Source of the DNA: Zygophlyctis sp. KS116
Lineage: Eukaryota; Fungi; Chytridiomycota
Assembly: GCA_054661495.1 (NCBI GenBank)
Contig: BAAFSQ010000112.1
Coordinates: 1 to 29,706, forward strand
Length of the DNA stretch: 29,706 nt
Direction of reading: 5' to 3'
Part shown: positions 24,480 to 29,706 of the stretch, in pieces
Numbering within the stretch: the stretch's first letter is position 1
How the letters are laid out: every line of letters begins with the position of its first letter
Program-made: the position numbers and the translations under genes
Notes under the pieces: model-generated
Told to the model about the DNA's origin: nothing
What the model saw: only the letters and a program-made list of their open reading frames with translations
Databases searched by the model: none

Positions 24480-24850
24480 AGATTTCGAAATTCTTAAAGA
24501 TGGGTTTATCAAAGGTAAATCAATTCCACTGTATGATGATTTTTTTACTTGTGGACCCCTGAAGCTTCCAGGAATCTACTACTAATGGCCGGAGCTGCTG
24601 AAGTGGATGTTTTAAGATGTTTTTGTACTGTTGATTCATTTTGTTATAGTTTCTATGAACGTATAAATGATTTATCAAACAAGGAATCGTTTAAATTACA
24701 AAAGCAGTCTGATCACAAAAGAACATCTTTCTTGGATAGGTCAGACGAATATGAAAGAAAGGCCCATGAATTCGTACCACACGATATACTTTGGTTATAA
24801 TGTCTTTCGAAAATGGTCTTGTGTAACAACTGAATGCACCCCGTTTGCTT
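24480..24850 (+). pseudogene. Possible degraded fragment of an AAA-ATPase-like/PD-(D/E)XK family gene
   Basis: Short patches in different frames (NLLLMAG, NSYHTIYFG) resemble this family. Weak support. Confidence 0.25.
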
Positions 24851-24959
24851 AATGTCCGAAATAAATTGAGTGTTGAGTGAACTTGGGAAAAGCGCATAGT
24901 ATTCATGGAATTTAAGAAGCAGTAAAACAACTTATAATTCCTTAAATTTCAGACTAGAC

Positions 24960-25260
24960 ATTTCTTTCCTTGCTCCAACTAAAAACATTGGCAGTTGGAA
25001 AGATCATCAACATACTTATTTTCAATAATTTGCTGCAAAGCCTTTTCAGCATCCATTTCAAGACTGTCTTTACTGATTGACTTTATGACCTCGAAAACTA
25101 TAGCTTTTTTGAGCTTTTGAAATTCAATTCTGACATCATAACGACCATGTCCAGATTCTTTGTTGGATGATACTATCATGTCTTCAGCACCGTAAAATGT
25201 TGTGAAGAAACATCCAAAGTAGTTTCATGGATGACGCATCATAAGAATGGCATACTTTGA
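24960..25260 (-). pseudogene. PD-(D/E)XK nuclease domain fragment (DUF1703/PDDEXK_9-like, usually C-terminal to an AAA-ATPase-like domain)
   Basis: Reads YFGCFFTTFYGAEDMIVSSNKESGHGRYDVRIEF..IVFEVIK..LEMDAEKALQQIIENKY, with the frame broken on both sides. Confidence 0.7.
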
Positions 25261-25301
25261 TAGCCGACTGGAAATGTTGACCAGTTTGACTCAACTGTAA
25301 C

Positions 25302-25369
25302 GTTTTACAGTCTCTTTTAATTTTTGTCTGTTTAAAAACTGTTTAAAGGCAATTTTAAATTCATAGAAA
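25302..25369 (+). repeat. 68-bp copy of RAD1 coding sequence 22069-22136
   Basis: Ungapped alignment with 4 mismatches. Confidence 0.9.
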
Positions 25370-26074
25370 TAACCCTTTAAAATTGCCTTACTAACTCCGA
25401 GTCTGAATGTTCTTTTTTTGCAAAGGATTTATGGAATTTTAGATTAATAAAGCTTTTAATGATACCAAATATCTTTGTTGCATATAGTAAAAAGCAGTAC
25501 TTGAAATTCAGGTCCAAATGGAAGGAAATTTGTTTTGCAGATAAAGTTTTGATACCATACTATGCTGATAAATTATCAATAACTCTTTTCAATAACGTAT
25601 CATGTGCGGTTGAATGGCAATATATTCCCTAATCAGTCAACTGCTTGCCTTAATCTTTTTATGGAATTCCTAAAGACATTGATCCTAGTCTAGTATTTTC
25701 AGAGGGAAAATAGTGATTTTCATATGGTAGATCTTAATTCCATCTTTGTTTTGGTATCCATTTAGCTAGAGCATGGATAAAATGATTCATCATTTCTAAT
25801 TTCATATCACTCTTGCCTGTGTAATGCTTGGAGTATTCTTACTGGACCTAAGTTGATGGATCTTTACAAATGACGGATGTATCAACAATTAGCATGTTCA
25901 CGTTGGATATTAAGTAGCGGCCACTTTGTATATTTTAGTACTTTGTTATCCACGCAGTTCTAATGGAGGATTGATAATTTACGAGATGTTAATATTCATT
26001 GAATTATAATTTATGAGATATTAAAAGAGAATATTGTAGACACGCACTAGCCATTTGTGCAAAATAATTGTACG

Positions 26075-26560
26075 ATAGGATTATTGTCTTAACTCTCCGA
26101 ATTGTAATCGACGTGGATGTCGATATACACATTAAAGTGATCGTAATCGACCACAAAGTAATGGACCTACATGTTCCATTTGCGAACGTCCAGGTCACTA
26201 ATGTTTTGACCGTCGACAATAGGAAAACGGCGAGAAAAAAGAAATAAAAGACTTATCTTCTTCGCTCGATCCTTTTAAAATGAGTCCACAAAAAAGTGTT
26301 ACCACATATCCAGTCCTTATAGTAGCTCGGTCCAGTCAGGATTCCCCTGTATTTGTTGTACTACAGCTAAGTAAAGTCAATGTTATTACCTCCATGGACA
26401 CAGGAGCCGCAGTCAACTATATATCTAAAAAGTTATGGGAAAGTCTGAAGATGTTACTCAATGTCACAATAGCAGAAGCTCCAAGAGTAAAAGTCTTCGT
26501 TATCGACCAGCTGAATCAAGACTGTATCCTTGGTTATCCAGCCATGAGACGTCCTCAATT
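26075..26560 (+). mobile_element. Ty3/gypsy-like gag-protease remnant
   Basis: One frame, with stops, carries a CCCH-like YCLNSPNCNRRGCRYTH, a decayed knuckle CSICERPGH*CFDR, and a retropepsin MDTGAAVNYIS..DCILGYPAM. Confidence 0.65.
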
Positions 26561-26686
26561 GCTCACAGAAATTGTTAATTTTACTCTCTTAATGGACGCA
26601 AACGTTGAAGAGAGTCTTCTTACCTTAACTTCTCGTTATTTAATTCAATTACTTCTGATGGGTTATCTGGTAGCAATCTCTCTCTA

Positions 26687-28150
26687 ATGTTACTTTTCGT
26701 CAAACCACCTAATGAACTTCTTTCAGTTCGATCTGAATTAATGCAGAATAAGTCTACTTCTTTTGACTCTGCAAAATTACGAGTTCTACAAGAACTCCGA
26801 AACTTTAAATACAAAGAAAATGATACTACTTCTGCTCTCCTGACACTAGTTAAACTATGTAATAAGCACAAAACTAGAGCAAGTAAGCAGTATCCCATTG
26901 ATCGATGTTTTGGTTGTCATCTACATCTTAAACTTGTGTGCACTTCTTGTGAGGATGCTGGATTTAAAGATTTTTATCATCAAGCTGGCTCTTACAGATG
27001 CTCGCAAAATAAACGATTAAAGACTACTCGTGTCTTCCTCCGGATTCTGAGTGGTTTCTCGACTCCGGTTGTACACAACATATGACAGGGGGGACTGCAC
27101 ATTGTACTAGCCTTAAACCTGGCTCTGTTCTCTTCTGGCATCGGATCTCTGAAATAAGGAAATTTACAGCTTACTTATTTATTACTGTGTCAGTCATCTG
27201 TTCCGAATCTTCTATCTGTCAGTACCCTGGCTAATCGCGGCTATGTCACAATTTTTGATGATAAAGGATCTATTACGATTCCTCAGTCTGAAGATTTACT
27301 TTTTTTGCTGGAACAGTTAAAATATACATTAATAATTAATACTCGTTTAAACAAAATTTTTTAGGGTAAGGGTTATGGTTTTTACCCTAACCTACTGTTT
27401 GTCCTGGTGAATTATTTGAAGCCGATTATCAAGGCCCCTTTTATACGATCTCTTATGATTCTAAAAATGGCAATGTCAAATTTGTCGATGTAGCTACCAA
27501 GTATGTCTTCATTAAGTGCCTACATGGAAAAAAATCTTAAGATATTGCTAATTTTTTAAAACGATTCATAATCAACTTAAAACCCGATACAATCTCAGCT
27601 GTCTCAGAACTGATGGTGGAACAGAATTTCAAGTTTAATTGTCAATTTATTTGCAACAAGAGGGTATTATGCACCAATTAGGTGATGCTTATAAGCATCA
27701 TCAGCCAGCCTGTGCGGAAAGATCTCATCGTAGTATTTTGGAAAAGGCTCGTTCTATTTTACTCGCATCTAAATTGCCAGCTACTTTTTATACTGCTGCA
27801 CTTGAATACGCCACAAATATTGTTAATCGTATCCCACGAATGGGCCAGTCTAAGTCACCATACGAGCTGCTTTTTGTTTCTGCACCCAGTATTACTGACT
27901 TTATACCTTTTGGTTCAATTGCATATGCTGATGATCCTCTTAAAAGCCGAACCAATAAATTAAACTCCTCCGGTACTAGATGTCGTTTCCTGGGATATGG
28001 TAATGTTTATTGTCAAACTACAACTCACAAAAGCTATACGTTGTTGCGAGAAGATACTCACAAGATTACTTAATCTTCAGATGTAAACTTGGATTCAAAT
28101 GCCGAACGAACAGCTTTTCCTGATGATACTGTTTGTAACACCTTTGACCC
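26687..28150 (+). mobile_element. Degenerate Ty1/copia LTR-retrotransposon remnant (gag, protease, integrase)
   Basis: Cys/His-rich gag end; protease EWFLDSGCTQHMTG at ~27050-27090 in a shifted frame; NLLSVSTL. Integrase motifs ADYQGPF, FVDVATKY, LRTDGGTEF and AERSHRSILEKARSIL..VNRIP. Stops and frameshifts are present; no RT or LTR recognised. Confidence 0.88.
27361..27394. repeat. Telomere-like inverted repeat inside the copia remnant
   Basis: TTAGGGTAA (27361-27369) pairs with TTACCCTAA (27382-27390) around a 12-nt loop. Confidence 0.6.
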
Positions 28151-28718
28151 CTGGTAGCTTTAATCTTCAGACATGATTTTATAAACAACAATTTGAAGTC
28201 TTTGAAGCTTTTCCAAATGTTTGATGGCATATCAATAGATTCAATAACTGATTCTATGAAAGTGCCGATTATTCATTATTGCTATGATTTGCAACCTGTT
28301 ACCGTTTTGCGAAATCAACTACCATTTTTTAGAGCGTATGCCATGACTGAAAGGTTTTTTAAGGCCCCTAGATCATTCTTGTCGCAGAAACCAAGCACTC
28401 AAGTATTGAAGTTACGGATTTAATATCTGGGAAGGATTTATAAAGCCATTATTTACAAATCAGAGTTAGATTCTTTTAATCTTTCAGTAATTGTCTCATT
28501 TTCAATGATCCATATAAAATTGTCATTTAGTCTGAACGACAACTGATATTCGTAATAATCTGGCAGACATTCAACTGCAATGAAAATGGTACACAATCCA
28601 TCATGTTTTTTGTTCCTATCTGCGTCAGATGTGGTGACTAAGTAAAATCAAGACTGACCAGCTTGGTTTGAAGGGTTAGGTTAGAAAGTAGCCTAAGTTT
28701 CCCAAAAATCTTTTTGAA

Positions 28719-28990
28719 TCAAATGAGACTTGAAAAGGCATATTTCATCAATGCGTCAAAATCAGTGAACTTATTAGGAAAATAGGAAGAGACAAGCTCG
28801 GACAAAATGAGTCTTTCCAAGATAAACCAATAAGGTACGCTGGTTGGTAAATTAGGCAGTAATATAGTTTCAAGAATTACTAATCCCAAGCCTATGGACC
28901 GAAAGCATTTTCGAACAAATTTTAATTTATTTAAAGAATCATTTGATATAGAACTGCACTCATCCATCATGAAGATACTTGCCCCTGATG
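28719..28990 (-). pseudogene. Possible degraded NTPase-like gene fragment
   Basis: Walker-B-like IFMMDEC followed by LNKLKFVRKCFRSIGLGLVIL; no intact gene context. Confidence 0.2.
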
Positions 28991-29706
28991 AATTTCAGAA
29001 CCGTGTCTGCTTTACCATCAAATCTCGAATATATTTGCAACTTTGAGGGCAAATATCACATGAGTTGAAGCAAAATTATTAATTAATTCGTAAATAAACC
29101 CAGACACGGATAGTTTTTCTCGATACAGAGAAACACAATTTGGAGATGCAGCATCTCATAGTATAAAGCCTGATCAGTCGACAAATAATAATGAACTACT
29201 TGTAAAATTGCGGTAAATTTTTTATTTTTTATCACCGCTGGACTCTTTTGTCAAAATCGGACGAGCTGGTACCATCTTGTTCAACAATCGATAGAGATAC
29301 CAAACTTTGTATAGAGTGAGATAAAATATATGAAACGTAAAGTACCAAATTATAGGTAAGGCTTAGGCTATAAGAGATTTATGATACTTTTCTAATTTAG
29401 CGGATTTATCCGGACCATTATCTGAAAATGCTCTTTGAGAGAAAGATAATAAAGTTTTTTAGTCTTTAAGTGATTGTTTGTCTAAACTTTCATAAATATG
29501 ATGTGAGTGTATTGCATATAAAAAAAATATGTGAGCTTAATCGACCGAAAATATTTTTCATGACGTAGGTTCAACTCTCAAGCAAATTTTATTTTTCAAC
29601 TTTCAACTTTCGGAATATTTAAATTATATTAGGAACATTTAATTACAGCTGATTGGTCAAATTTAAAAATTACGTCATTCTAATAACAAAACGCGATTTT
29701 TGAGGT

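Noticed and set aside
28150-29706. Intact genes, tRNA or LTR in the terminal region
   Set aside because: Only short broken ORFs are present; I found no repeat partner or cloverleaf.

Overview
This is AT-rich, very compact eukaryotic DNA with fungal-type core genes; a chytrid-like early-diverging fungus is my inference. Genes are split by miniature GT-AG introns: I mapped 62 by hand, all 24-33 nt, which is why the ORF track is fragmented. Positions 1-22.3 kb hold three paralogous secreted LRR genes with plant-type repeats encoded one per 72-nt exon (the first copy is decapitated by a duplicated IMP3 5' segment). The same stretch carries a CBS-domain protein, FTR1, DJ-1, IMP3, a triple-domain paladin-like phosphatase, an intronless PLOD-type glycosyltransferase, a tail-less TBP, a twin-CX9C (CMC-family) gene missing from the track, MCM4, an ABCG half transporter, TAF8 and the 9-1-1 clamp subunit RAD1. 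Positions 22.3-24.2 kb hold a tandem family of intronless secreted proteins with SILK/RVxF-like PP1-docking modules. The rest is decayed sequence: PD-(D/E)XK nuclease fragments, a captured RAD1 fragment, and Ty3/gypsy-like and Ty1/copia remnants. The best candidates for new biology are the exon-modular LRR family with a dibasic-site-separated Cys-rich domain and the secreted PP1-motif proteins. All coordinates and counts are manual and unverified by RNA data.
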